Source: Haplodiscus bocki
Lineage: Eukaryota
Direction: 5' to 3'
Length of the DNA stretch: 64,000 nt
NCBI GenBank assembly: GCA_965655095.1
Contig: OZ296648.1
Coordinates: forward strand, 8,494,001 to 8,558,000
A model generated the notes under the pieces. It ran no database searches. It was given only the letters and a program-made list of their open reading frames with translations, and was not told the origin of the DNA. How positions within the stretch are numbered: position 1 is the first letter of the stretch; every line of letters starts with the position of its first letter. This document shows, one piece after another, positions 1 to 12,479 of the stretch. Made by a program: the position numbers and the translations under genes.

Positions 1-2352
1 AAAACCGTACAGCAAAATTGGTAGAACAATAGACTTGTAGAGACCAAGTTTCACGAAGGTGTTGACTGAGTATGCTATGTTTCTCCTGAGCAAGTAGAGA
101 ACTTTGTTGGATTTTTTCAGTCTCTCGTTTATGTGGCATGTCCAGCTGAGATCGTTCTTGATGAAAACTCCGAGGTCTTTGATGACGTTAACCTTCTCTA
201 GTTTTTGTTTGTAAAGCGATAGATTTCCGTCACTGCCTTTTAGTGTGAGCATTCCGCATTTTTCAATGGCAAGTTTCATCTGATTTAATTTAACCCATTT
301 TTCAATTGAGGAGAGGTCCGATTGTGCGTCTAACTGGTTTTGGCCAGTGTAGAGGAGTTTCAGATCGTCTGCAAAGATGTAAGGTTGGCTGAAACGTAGA
401 GCATCGGGAAGATCATTGATGAATATGCAGTAGAGAAGGGGACCAAGAAGTGATCCTTGAGGGACCCCGCTTGTTACGTCAAGTAGATTAGAACAGTGGT
501 TTCCAATTCTGACATATTGTTTCCGATTGTCTAAATAGTCGTAAAGCAGATCCAATAAACAGCCTCCGACTTCGATGGAGCAGAGTTTGTTTAACAAGTG
601 CTGATGTGGTACTCGGTCAAAGGCCTTGGAGAAATCAGCATAGAAAGCTACGATGTAGTCATCGGTGTTACTGTCCAAAGCTTCATGAATGTCTTTCAGG
701 AACCTTAACATGTTGCTGTAAACTGATCGTCCACGTACGAAACCATGTTGATGCCTTGATAGGTAGGATGCAAAGTGTTTGTATAGCGGCTCGTACATGC
801 ATTTCTCAAAAAAATTTTCATCAATATCGAGGAGAGAGATACCTCTGTAATTCTCAACGAGTTTTCTGTCGTCTTTTTTGTAAATGGGTGAAACGGCAGC
901 TGTTTTCCAGCTCGATGGCATTTTACGTAAACGTTTGATGTTCTTGAACAGTACATTCAGGGTTTTGCTCATTTCACGATTTGTATATTTATAGATCACA
1001 GGAGCTTTCCCATTTGGCCCTCTCGATTTTGATATATCGAGGTCTGATATGAAATTACTGATAGTTTTTACTGATATAGAGAAGTTTGATAGAGAAGAAG
1101 TCTGATAATTGAGTTCTGATTTGCTGAAGTGCGTTTTTGGCGCGAAAACTGAATTGAAGAACTCGTTGAAAAGTTCTGCTTTCTGTTGATCAGTTTCTGC
1201 AGAACGCCCGTTTAATTCGACCACCAGTGGGATGATTGCCGATTTGTTGAGGTGTTTTAGGTGCTTGAAGATCCTGTGAGTTGACCTGGATCCCAATAAT
1301 TTGTTTTGGTAGTCAATTCGATCTTGTTCGCAGAGTTCAGTGACCATGTTTTCGAGTTGGCAAACATAAGATTTTCTGTAGCTTGTCGGGCGTGTAGATA
1401 ATAGTCGTTTCTGTGTTTCAAGTTTTTTCAATTCGTGCGAGGTGCTCGGTTGAATCCAGGGAGGCAGAGTTTGTCGGTGACTTGTTCTTGTGGGAACGTG
1501 TAAGTCGGACAACCAGTCAAGGTAGTCAATGTACTCAGCATACATGTTGTCAATGTTAGTGAAGCATACAGGTGTAAACGGAGTGCCTTCCATTTCTTCA
1601 ATCATTGATTTATAGTCACCTGACCCGTAGCTTTTGTATTTTTCTCGAACCGGATTGTACTCTGTGAAACGGAAGTCCACAGACGTTTTAATTGGTAAGT
1701 GGTCAGAGCAATTGAAAGTTTTTATCGAATTTTTGATCGTTTTCAGAAAAGACTGTGCAATTTTGGTAGAAAAACACGTCCAGTGTGTTGGAGTTGCAAG
1801 TTGGAAAGTTGATGGATTGCTTTAGCAGTCTGCTTTCGAACAGTTCAATTAACTCGGATTCCTCCTCATCAAAAGTTGTCCAAGAGTCCCAGTTTGTGTT
1901 CGGGAAGTTTAAATCCCCACATACAAGTACTATGTTCCTCTTTGGCAGCTCGCGTAGAATTTCCTGGAAGTCATTCATTGTGTAACGGTAAGGACTTGTT
2001 TTCGGAGGATTGTAGAACGAGCATATGTAGATTTCAACACCTTCGATTTTTACTTTGCAAAGAACGCAACTATCGACTTCCTTCGTTTTTAAGCGGTGTG
2101 AGCTGAGGGTGTTTTTGACTGCGATTAGCGCTCCCCCGTGCGTGTTGGTAAACTGGTGTTTGCGATCTTGTCTATATATGTTGAAATTACTAAGAAAGAG
2201 TTCAGAGTCGTTGATTTGTTCGTTTAGCCAAGTTTCACACACACACACACTATATTGTACGCGCCCGTTTGTATAGCGTTTGCCAGTTTGTGACGTCGTT
2301 CAAAATTGACTAAACTTCTTGCATTGATTTGAAGGATATTGAGCGAAGATAG
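1..2352 (-). pseudogene. LINE ORF2 (APE endonuclease + reverse transcriptase), frameshifted
   Basis: Endonuclease motifs LNILQINARSL, CETWL, YNPP, GDLNFP, TLD, SDH. RT motifs YADFSKAFDRVPH (~650-606), SGVPQGSLLGPLL (~470-435), FADDLK (~375-358). Frameshifts at a (GT)n tract near 2240 and an A-run near 1720. Confidence 0.9.
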
Positions 2353-3246
2353 TCATCTGGTAGCGGGCGCTCCCGTCTCCAGTTCAACCTTCACTTCGTT
2401 ATTGAAGAGCTCAAAATTGCGTATTTTGAGCTTTTCTCTCGGTACACCTTCTTCTAGAAGTTCTCTTCGTTTTTTCAGACATAGACTCTCTTTAATAGCT
2501 TCATCTTTTGATAAGGCTTGTGAGATGAAAACATTTTGTGATTTTAGCTCATTTCGTCTTTCCACACTTTTGGCTAACACCAATCGTACCTCGTGAGATG
2601 TGGCGAGTGTTACGAGCAGGGTGCGGGGTTTGGTTCTATCCTTGTTGAATTTTCCTAACCGTTTCATTTCAAATACTTGGGGGTTGACGCCTAGGCACTT
2701 CAGCACTTCATTTACTTTCTCGTTTGTTGGGATGAGATTTTCGTTTCGTGATTTTTCCGGATCTTCGCTGATCCCTTGTATTCTAAAACTTCTTTCAGTG
2801 TTGTGCGTGTTTTCGATGACACTAGCTTTTGTTTCTGTTCCAGGAGGAATAGCTGCTTTTGTTGCGTTTTTGGCTGCGATAGTGGCATAGTTTTCTTCGA
2901 CTTTTTGACAAGTTCGCGTGATGGCTTCTTGTACCTTTCGGTCTACTAACTTAGATAGGTTGTTTTCAATCTTGTTCAGTTTCTCGTTTATATCAAGCTT
3001 CTCAAGTTTTTCTTCAATCTTCAAATCACATCTATTGCGGATGAAATTGTCTCTCTCGTTGTTTTCGACACAAGTATTGCAAAGAAGCATTGCTAGTTGG
3101 CCGAGTTCTTTTATTCCATTTATGGCGACCGTGCTTAGACCAGTACATGTCGGGTCTAGATGCATTTGGCAACCGCAAGCGACGCATTTGTAAGATTTTT
3201 CATTAGCATTGATGGTTCGTTTACAAGTCTTGCAGGGAAGAGACAT
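2353..3246 (-). CDS. LINE ORF1 protein (N-terminal PHD finger, coiled coil, RRM-like C-terminus), 297 aa
   Basis: CxxC...CxxC...HxxxxC...CxxC pattern (CKTC, CVAC, HLDPTC, CNTC), a heptad-rich middle, and RLGK...PRTLLVTL typical of CR1/L2 ORF1. Directly upstream of ORF2. Confidence 0.85.
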   Translation of the reverse strand: MSLPCKTCKRTINANEKSYKCVACGCQMHLDPTCTGLSTVAINGIKELGQLAMLLCNTCVENNERDNFIRNRCDLKIEEKLEKLDINEKLNKIENNLSKLVDRKVQEAITRTCQKVEENYATIAAKNATKAAIPPGTETKASVIENTHNTERSFRIQGISEDPEKSRNENLIPTNEKVNEVLKCLGVNPQVFEMKRLGKFNKDRTKPRTLLVTLATSHEVRLVLAKSVERRNELKSQNVFISQALSKDEAIKESLCLKKRRELLEEGVPREKLKIRNFELFNNEVKVELETGAPATR

Positions 3247-3347
3247 TTCTGAAAACCACTCTAATCCTCGAAGCCCGTATTCAAACGGAGCCTGTCAGAT
3301 CAAAGTGAATTCAAAAATGGTTTGCAGCGAGAAACTCACAAGCTAGA

Positions 3348-3971
3348 CTAGGCCGATTTTATTGCTTTATTTCGTGACTTCTTTGATGGTCTGGTATGTC
3401 GGTTTATCAGTTTTTTTAAATCGCAACCAAAGTTAAGAATAGTCTGCAGTAGATGAATTTCTAGGAAGGGTTTGATATGAAGCTTACGGTACTGGTTGGG
3501 AAGATCGCTCTTCTGTTTCTTCTTGGTCAATGTGTTTCTGATAACGTCCAGCGTTGGGATGCCGGTGGACTTCAATTCTCTGTATGCGTTTGGTGCAAGA
3601 ACAAGTGGATTTTTGCTCACCTCGCGTTGGATATACACAATGCCGATAAGATTTGGAACTGAACTGACCTTCTCGACCAGTTGCTCGGGAGTAAGGGGGG
3701 TACTTTTGATTTGAGGATGACTGGTAATAGAGTTGTTGAGCACGTCGTGCCACAGAATGATACCTTCACCTCTGGGGACTAATCGAAGAATGTGACGAAC
3801 CTGCTTTTCACGATCGGCTTGAGGGTTGAAGCTCAATCCAGGAGTTGCTTTGATTCGTCTGCCCAGTCTTCGTTTGATGTTTGGATAGCGATCAATTGAA
3901 TGGCTCAGACTGCTGGCTCCAATAAACACTACCATTTGGGAGGAACCACGGCTACCCCAGAATTCATTCAA
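3348..3971 (-). CDS. SGNH/GDSL esterase-like ORF upstream of LINE ORF1, 207 aa
   Basis: VVFIGASS (block I-like), TPGL (block II-like), LWHDVLNN (block III-like) and KLHI (block V-like) appear in the expected order. Same strand as the LINE and about 100 bp upstream of ORF1. Confidence 0.5.
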   Translation of the reverse strand: MNEFWGSRGSSQMVVFIGASSLSHSIDRYPNIKRRLGRRIKATPGLSFNPQADREKQVRHILRLVPRGEGIILWHDVLNNSITSHPQIKSTPLTPEQLVEKVSSVPNLIGIVYIQREVSKNPLVLAPNAYRELKSTGIPTLDVIRNTLTKKKQKSDLPNQYRKLHIKPFLEIHLLQTILNFGCDLKKLINRHTRPSKKSRNKAIKSA

Positions 3972-3989
3972 TAAACTGAAACTATTTAA

Positions 3990-4251
3990 TAATTAATTAA
4001 ATTGCATCTACAAACGCGGAAATATTAATGTCTTCATTAAGAACGCTAATTACCTTTAATCGATGAGCATAATTATATTAATGATTGCAACTGGTTTATA
4101 CAGAATGTTGTTAGGCCTCAGTAATTATTTAATTCGGAGTGACATGTTCTTGGGGTGAAATGTACGTGGGGTGAAATGTACGTGGGGTGAAATGTACGTG
4201 GGGTGAAACGTACGCGGGGTGAAATGTACCGGGTTGAAATGTCATGTAACC
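3990..4251. repeat. MULE-family terminal remnant with ~6 x 16-bp subterminal repeats (TGGGGTGAAATGTACG)
   Basis: Closely similar to 26855-27100, which lies next to a MULE transposase. Both end in GTCATGTAA(C/T)C. Confidence 0.7.
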
Positions 4252-5939
4252 CTAATTTGGACTTCTCTGTGTTGCTTTGCTTGACTTATATTGTGAAGTG
4301 TATAAATAATAATAATAATCTGTATCGTATTTCTTTGATTTAGCCCAAGCCGTGGTTTGTATTTAAAAACGGAAATTTCCGATTTGCTGTTAAAATAATT
4401 CAAGGCCGGTTTTGATTCAATGTAGCGTCTCTGAACTCCAAAATGAAACCAGTGAAAAGCTGTAGTCATATATTATTTAAACTAATAGGGAAACGTGTAC
4501 AATAAGTGCATCTACCGGCAGAAGTCTTGTTCAAATTCCATCCAAAGGCTAATTAATATCATCTAGGCTCGCCGAGTTTATGCCTGCACAACATGGTTCA
4601 TTGAATTGCTGCGTTTAGAAATTTCTATTTGGATATCAAGTCAGAATGCTTTAGAAGATTACTATTGGATATCAGATTTTATTTCTACTAATAGGAATCA
4701 AATTTTGTTCCCCAATAAAATTTCTTATTAGAGACATTTCTTATTCTTAGCTCATCATTTTAACAATAGAAGCAAAATCATTCAATGGGCAGGGTCGTAT
4801 TTTCGGACAAATTTTGCCATTCTACTAGGTAAAATAGACATAAGTGATGGAATTTTAAATTTTAAAACTTATAGTACATGAAGAGAATCGAACACCACCT
4901 GACTTCTGGATTCTGAGAATTACGTTGTACTGATTGAGTATTAGTCATATATGACTACGACGACGGACTGAGGGATAATGGGAGCTTCTATTCTAGCCAG
5001 CACAGCTTAATCACAGCAGCTTTTGTCATAGCGTAATCTGAGGAAAATTGAATTTATTTTGGAATAAACAACATAAAAAAAAGAATACATAGACTACGGT
5101 TTGTGGCTAAGAGTAGTAATGAATGAAAACATAGATTCACTAATTATCATCTATCGAAGACGCATGAATAATATTGTTGAATTTGTAGGAAAACAAACCA
5201 TATAAGAGACATATGCTAGCACATTTGAATTCATCGGAACATATAGGCAATAAAAAAGTATGGCATCGTGATCTTTGTAACATGAATATAAATGCTAATA
5301 CAAAATCTTCCCATGTTATACCTACCAATCATAGAAAAGCTAATAATACTGTTAGAAAAAATATGTGATAAATAAAGAATATGTAGTTACCAATCCCAAG
5401 ATTGACAAAATAACTGAGATTGTATACAAAGAAATAGTTGTTGTCTTGAATTAATTTCCTAGATTTGAATATAACTTTGAATATTTAGTACAATTTTTGA
5501 GACTCATTATTCCACCTTGATTCTTGACCAAAAACGGGAATAATCAACAATAGTAGTAAATACGAAAGCAAGACAACCAGGGGCTGAAGACCCTCATGTT
5601 TCAAGATAGGCTCTAAGATCCCAGAGCCGAGAAGGGTTGTCACCCCCTCTTTGACGTGTTTTTGTTGGCTGCCGAAATTTCTGTGTTTCCAGGCGCCCGC
5701 GATGACCGCCTGCGCTGGCCGATAGTTATACATAAGCGGTGAATTCTTTCACTCGCCGTTAGTTATTCCGCCTGCCGCTACTTTTTAAGGTTGACAAAGT
5801 TATTTGAAATGTATAGTCTACAAACATCTTGTATGCAATGCACATTTACTTTGTAACTATTACATTCTTACGTGTAATTACGTAGAAAAGAGTACATTAA
5901 CATCGTGGATTCCGGTATTTTCTTCTTGTCCGACCTTGA

Positions 5940-6252
5940 AAAGAAGAAATGCTAATGCGGCATACATCTTGTAGAAACAGCTCACGCTGGGAAAACAGCA
6001 ATTTATTTGGAGTCATCCGCTTGTTGTGATTCCTGCAGAAAATATGTTCAAGACCAGGGTAATCGGCAAAATAAAATTCATGGCGAAACTTTGCTCTCGT
6101 TATGCAATGCTCATCCTGCACATTCCAGAGTTGCGTGTTGATAATCACAAATTGTTGCAGAGATTCGGAACCAGATCGCAAAGAAAACCAATGTACCGAT
6201 GCTTGAGAAGCGGAATGCGATTTATTATTTGTCGAAACGCGTTATTGTCCAT
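5940..6252 (-). pseudogene. Decayed Polinton/Maverick adenain-type cysteine protease
   Basis: Fragments MDNNAFRQII...YIG, VIINTQ....DEHC (degenerate NT...GxHW), FYFADYPG (YFDSxG-like) and QDVC; frameshifted. Lies next to the capsid relic. Confidence 0.55.
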
Positions 6253-7080
6253 TTTGAATGTGTTTTCCAACCACACTAACTTTGTCCACTGCAGCTGAAG
6301 GAATTCGCTCTCCCAATACAATGACATCTGTAGCATGCTCATGTGCAAATGTAAATTTTATCTCCAGCCTCAACAATTCTCCAACCAACTCTGCATATTG
6401 ACAGTGTTCAGTTGCGTCTTGCATCGACGTCAAATCGGATACTAGCAGGTAAAGGTCTACAAATTTATCAATGGGGATGGATGGTGTGCCATCTTGGGAA
6501 TTCAATGCTTTCGTTTTATTTACGTATAGGCGACGTTTATCGGACGTGCCATAGTCTACGATTTGTTGCCCGCCTCTAACCTAATTTGTCTCACGTCCAA
6601 TTGTTGATATCAAAATGGGTTTTCAGTGAAAGAACCAGTGAAAGCAGAACTTGTATTCATTGCCAATTGCGATTCGGCGATTTGGAGCTTTTTTTGAAAC
6701 TTTTCCTGGATAAACTGATTCTGTCGGGCTGGGATGATAAATGCTTTTGCCAATGTTTCCATGTAGTTATATTCCCCGGGCGAGTATGCGAGCATATCCA
6801 TTCTTTTTTATAATCTTCGAGAACAATGCGGTGAGTGTAGATTGAATTCAAAGACTGACATTAGAGTTGTTGCTAATCATATAAAACTCTGGCCTGGCTC
6901 GTTTAAGCGTATTCTAGCTGTCACTTTCGAGTTCGATTGAGAAGTTGACAAAAAAATTGATCCCCATTTTACCGTACAACAACCACCCATCAAGTTTGCT
7001 AAGCACTTTCATCCTTTCTTGTTAAAAAAAGGCTCATTCAATGGTTATTAGTGGATCTCATCAGGATTTGTCTCCGTAGT
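6245..7080 (-). pseudogene. Decayed Polinton/Maverick major capsid protein (C-terminal part)
   Basis: Fragments RARPEFYM, AFTGSFTENPF and LVSDLT...VGELLRLEIKFTFA...VIVLGE resemble Polinton MCP motifs (G....NPF; FDLT...G.LRLE..F). Multiple frameshifts. Confidence 0.6.
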
Positions 7081-7089
7081 CATAACCTT

Positions 7090-10000
7090 TGAAAAAGGTA
7101 AAATTACCACGACATGAGAAATCTTGTACCACAGGAACAAAGTCTTGTCCGCGATGTCCCAAGTATTTCTGCAAATATCAGAAGGAAGCCAATCATCACA
7201 TTCCTAGAAAAACTGCAGTGGCAACATTAGATGCCAAAACAAAATGTCCTATTTGTGAAAAGGTTTTCCCATCGTTTACTCCTTGCAGAAGCACTAGAAA
7301 CCGCGTGGAATTGACGTTACTGTGAACTTGTAATCAATTATGGGCGAATACCATGATTAGGACTTCCGTGAAGGCCTCACAGCTTTCATCACTTTTTGGT
7401 CGATTCTGAATTCATCAGAGGTAGACAGCACGTTTTCAATTTGGCTTGGAGCAACGTTACTCCGAGTTTCCTGAAGACAAATTACAACATATCTTCGAAA
7501 ATTTGCAGTGTGCGCGCTGACTTGTTCTGCGCAATTTAGAAGAGGGGAAACATCGTTACTTTCATGCATATGAAAGGAGTTACTTTTCGAAGGGTCAGAA
7601 GTAAAACCCACAAAGAGGACACGTTGGAATTACTGAAGTGTTGATGATTTGAACATTGTGGAACTGAGTGCTCGAGAGATCTTCAACCGAATGGAAGTGT
7701 TTGCCACAATTGTGACTTTTTTCGCAACAATAGTAAGCAACCTTCCTGTTGGTCGTAAAAATGTTTCATCACTTCTCGACCTGATAGAGGGTGCAGATTT
7801 TGATGGCCTCATTTACGAGGCAAACAAACAACGTCGCAACGACAAACTGTGCCTCCTAAGGGCTGTTTTCTTGCACCCAACAAAAATGGAGATGTTGGAG
7901 AAAGAAGCCTTCAAACTTTTAATGATTACTTCAACCTCAACCAAAGTCTATCATCTGAGAGGCTCCGAGATGTTGCTTTAGAAGATCGCATCGTTGAACA
8001 ACTGGCAGAAATAAATTTTTTAGTCTTTGATATTGCAGTATCGGATAGTGGATTTTCTTGAGTACTTGCTCAATACTCTTTGCAAAGATTCAACTCGGGG
8101 GCAATTCAGTTTCGGTATAACGACCATATCTACCATGTTACAGATGTGATCAATGTTATCAAGTCGTTTCGTTGCCCTAGACTCGATAAATTTTCCAAAC
8201 GATGTCCAAATTTACTAAAACACCTATCTAAATGTGAAGAGTTGGTTAAAAACATCTATCCAAAGACTGTCTATCAACTTCGGGAAACACTTTATGACGA
8301 TTTGAGAATTTCCAAAAATGAGGTGACAGAAGATGAAATTCTGTTCAAAAACTTCCCTGTCTTTGATTTTGATTGAATTTGTGTAAAAAAAATATTACCT
8401 TGATTGATAGAAGGAAACCACTACTTGAGTTGGTAAGCATGAACCAATTTCTGTCTTTTTAACCTTTAATGTGCTCGAAGAACCAAGATTTGTCTCTGAC
8501 ATTGAACCCTACTACCTAATTTCTGCCTTTTTAACCTCTGTGGAAAATCTTGCTGCGAAGTATATCAGAGATGAGTCTCATTTCATAATATTGCTACATC
8601 AGTAAGGAGAAACCCGAGCTGTAATGTCAACAATCAACAGTGGATGTCTTTTATCACTTGCACTAAGTTATTAGGGAGAGTGCAGTTAAAAGCGACGTTG
8701 AAGAAATCACTGCTTCCATACATTTTTTTACAGATGACTTAACGTTCAAAGTTTTCATGGAGTTCAAGGTTAATTGAACTCCATGAGAACTTCGAACGTC
8801 AAGTCAACATTCGACTTTTTTTGGTTTAAGCAGCGCCAAGTATGATATGAACCTCATAAAGTCGAACCTAATTCCTCTGCTCGTGAATAAAGTGAATGAA
8901 AAAAATTGTCGAAGCAACCTTCATAAGAAAGGCAAGTCAATTTGTGCCGGCACTTCGATTTCATTAATTTTCTCGGAGGTGCAACTACTTGATTCTTTCC
9001 TCAAATCAAACAAAATCAACGAAACGAAAGTTTTTTCTCTTAGGGGTGGTTTGATAGTCCTGAAAAACTCATGCATCAATCACTTCACTGTACGAGTTTT
9101 TTTCCGTGGATAACGTATTTGCAAACAGCTTGATGAAACTCAATCCGATTATCAAACTTTCTTCATTGTTAGATACAACACTGTAGATTCCCTCAAAAAC
9201 AACAAACTTTCGGAGATTCCCCCACTGGGTCAAGAAAACTATGCCTACTTACAGCAAGTATGGATTTCCCGCAATATGCAATCATTCAGAGATTTCCTTC
9301 GCTCGTACAACAATAGGGATGTGGTGCCCACTCTAGAATTGATGAATAATGATTCAATTTTAACAAGAGGGGAGTGATATGTTGAAACTGAGTTGTACCT
9401 TGCCAAACCTGGCGAACTTTTGTCTCCGTAGCTCTACAGCCGGCGATTTTTACCCCTCCCGGAAGGAGACAAAATTTAGCTTGAGAGAGTGAGAGAAAAC
9501 GTGGTTACTGGACTTTCAATTGTTTTGACTGAGAATTTTTGTTTGACCGTGATTGGTCAAGCATAAATTCGATCTCCACAGAAGTTTGCAAATCTAAACT
9601 AGGTATTGATGCTTTTCAACTTTCCATGTGCAATCTGTCAGCCAATGCGAACGGTAGTCTGCACACGCTGGCAATTGAATGCCGAAATGCAACGGTTCAA
9701 GCCAAGGTATAATCTACCACGATCCTTTAAGTCTACGGATATTGCATGTTTCCAAAATTCACGTCCGGACTGCAAGATTGAAAGCGTTTACACAAACGAA
9801 AAACTGACTGTTTTAACGTTGATGGATTTTGCTGTCACTCAGACACATTTTTCGAGGCTCTATGTTGCTTCCACCATTTTTGAAAATATCAGGAGGTTCC
9901 GCCTGGTCTCACTGATACGTCATTGCGAAAGGTCAAAAAAAGAAGGAAATGGACTATTTAGGTTGGTGTTACTCACGAGAGATTCAGTGTTGTATCATTG

Positions 10001-11270
10001 AAATATGGGAGTGCGGAAAGAGACACAATGTGCGAGAAATTATGAAATCGAAGTCCTTTGCTTAATTAATTTTTCCGTACGAGCGTTCGTTCAGTTTTTC
10101 AACTTGGTGTCCCCCATTCGCCGCTAAAATTTGTTGGGTTTTGTTCAATGGGATGTTCAACTTCCAGACAAATTGACGGAAAAATTTGAAACTTTTCCGC
10201 TATTAAATAAAAACACTCGTTTCCCTCTCAGATTTTGGTGATTTCACGGAAAAAATGCTGAGGAAAACAAGCCGTTGACTTAACCTCGGAGAATGTTATT
10301 ATTTAGCTTCCGCCTTACAAACCGAACAATCATCACACCATTTTTTGAGTTTTTATCCTGATCTTGGACTAGAATGCCGCCAAACTCATCGCTTCGTTCG
10401 GTATACTTCATTGAGATGCTTCAACAGGTTTGTTCAGTCTGCAGTGATTGATCGAAGACAAAGTGAAGAATATCTACCTAGCTCGTAGCCGAAACTATGA
10501 AGCTTTTAGCGAATAGTTCTTGCGGTTATCAACCAATGGATTAGAGTCGGCATACAACGACAGAATATTTGGATGAGAACTCAAATAAAGCCATAGAGTG
10601 CCAGTTTTTCAAGAGACTGAATCAGCTACACACTAACTTGTATGAAGTTGAATAAGTAAAACCTGACATAGAGACTGAGGAACTTATCGTCGTTGCCTTT
10701 TCTTTAGTCTGGCAGTATGCTAAATTGCAAATGCTTGAATTACCTCAAAACTTCTTCGATATTTTTTGTGAATTCGGTTCATTCGAAGAAAAAGAAATGG
10801 ACACAGATTCCTTCTACCTACCACTAGAGATGATTCTCCTGAAAATTCTCCAGCCCGAAATGAGGAATATTTGGAACAAAATCAGAATGCAAAACTGTAG
10901 CAACGACTTTTCTGCCAACTGTTGCCGTAATTTTTTCTGTGGAGCTTGTTCTCTGGATCATATAAAACATCAGTAAAAAAATGGACTGTTCAAGGAAGAA
11001 TTTCCTTGTACTGGATTATTTTGTCTGTGTAGTAAAGCTTTTTCATGCTCCTACTACAGATGATATCAAGTTGAGCAACAAAAGAACTGGTAACTGGTGC
11101 AGGACCGCTGCCAAAATTCAGACGCGTACTGGAAACGAAAACGAATGTTCAATTCACAAAACGGGGTTCCCAAACTGTGCAACGTTCTGTTTGTACGTAC
11201 GAGCAATTAAAACGAGGGTTGCTGTACTTCCATCCAAAAATAATTGTTCTCAGTGACGGAGTTACACGAA
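7090..11270 (+). pseudogene. Decayed Polinton-type protein-primed DNA polymerase B
   Basis: Ordered remnants: N-terminal Zn fingers, FPVFDFD (ExoI, ~8355), SAKYDMNLIK (ExoII, ~8830), YNNRDV (ExoIII, ~9305), GIDA (motif A, ~9602), ETMKLLANSSCGY (motif B, ~10490), EMDTDSFY (motif C, ~10795). Many stops and frameshifts. Confidence 0.75.
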
Positions 11271-12479
11271 ATCATGCCTTTCCTAATTAAGTTTTCAATA
11301 TTCTCATACTTTTTGCAAATGCTTCCGTTGATAGCTGAAATTTCAAAACCCAAATTGTTTTTTGAAAAAATTCAGTTACACGGTTCAGATCATTTCTTTT
11401 AATCTGCCATCGAAAGAGCTTGGCGAAAAGCTAGCATAAGAATTAAGAATTGACTGCTTACTTAAACTTTTCGCCGGCGCGGGTGGCCGCTGCGGGCCGC
11501 GGGAAAAATAAACTTCGACAGCCAACAAAAACACATCGAGGAAGAGTGGGTGAAGACCCTTCTTGGCTCGCAATCCTGTAGCCTATCTAAGATGTGTGCC
11601 TTCACCCCCTGACTCTTGCTACCGTATAATAAACTACCAACAATTTGATTAAGTTGATGAAAAATAATCCATAGAACAAACAGGAGGAGCATGAGGATGG
11701 TGAAATTGGGTTTCATTGTGAACAAGTCATGAAAATGACAATCAAGGTTTTTAGAATTCATATGCTTGCGTACAACTTCCAAGTATGCTAAAACAACTAT
11801 CGTATATATTGAAAGTGTAGAATATTGCTTTCCTTAATGTATAATAGCATATATCAACCACATGAAATCACACAACCTTTTTGAGCTTCCAGACAGTTCA
11901 AATGCTCGAGTTCCATTATACAATTCTCAAAACTATTCTGAGGAAATCGATCTAATAATCTACAAGAATCATGTAATGTCTACGTTTCTTTGCAGAAGGT
12001 GTTACCTACAATAATCAATACAGTGCTCAATATCTACAGTAACTCAATCAGTTCTTGAAAGTCATTTGGAAAGATGTATTAAGCTATTTAGCACGAGATT
12101 TGTGATGAGAGATGTCAACTAGATGAAAAAATAAGTAATAATGACCGACTTGTGAAATTTGATTCAACAATATGGACAGCTGAAGAATTTTAACGTATGA
12201 ATGGTCCAGTTCCAAATACAGCAACGAATCAAAACAATTCCAGTAGCTTAGAATTTTGTGAAATTTCCCTTTTGAGATAACTTATACTTACTTTACCAAA
12301 GAATTAGAGAATATTTTGGAGACTTTTGTGTTGATTGGTTTGTAAAAGAGATATTAGAAATAGAGAGGTATATCAAAAAGTATCTAGAACAAACTTTTCT
12401 TCAGTTGACCCTGCCAATGTTGGTCCACAGAACTGAAGGTGATTCAAGAAACTGCTTGTTGTGGGAGCAACCCTTTACT

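Larger units (their letters stand above)
1..3980 (-). mobile_element. CR1/L2-clade non-LTR retrotransposon (LINE), 3' part runs off the window start
   Basis: Minus strand carries an esterase-like ORF, a PHD-finger ORF1 and an APE endonuclease plus RT ORF2. The 5' boundary is approximate and abuts a MULE terminal remnant. Confidence 0.9.
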
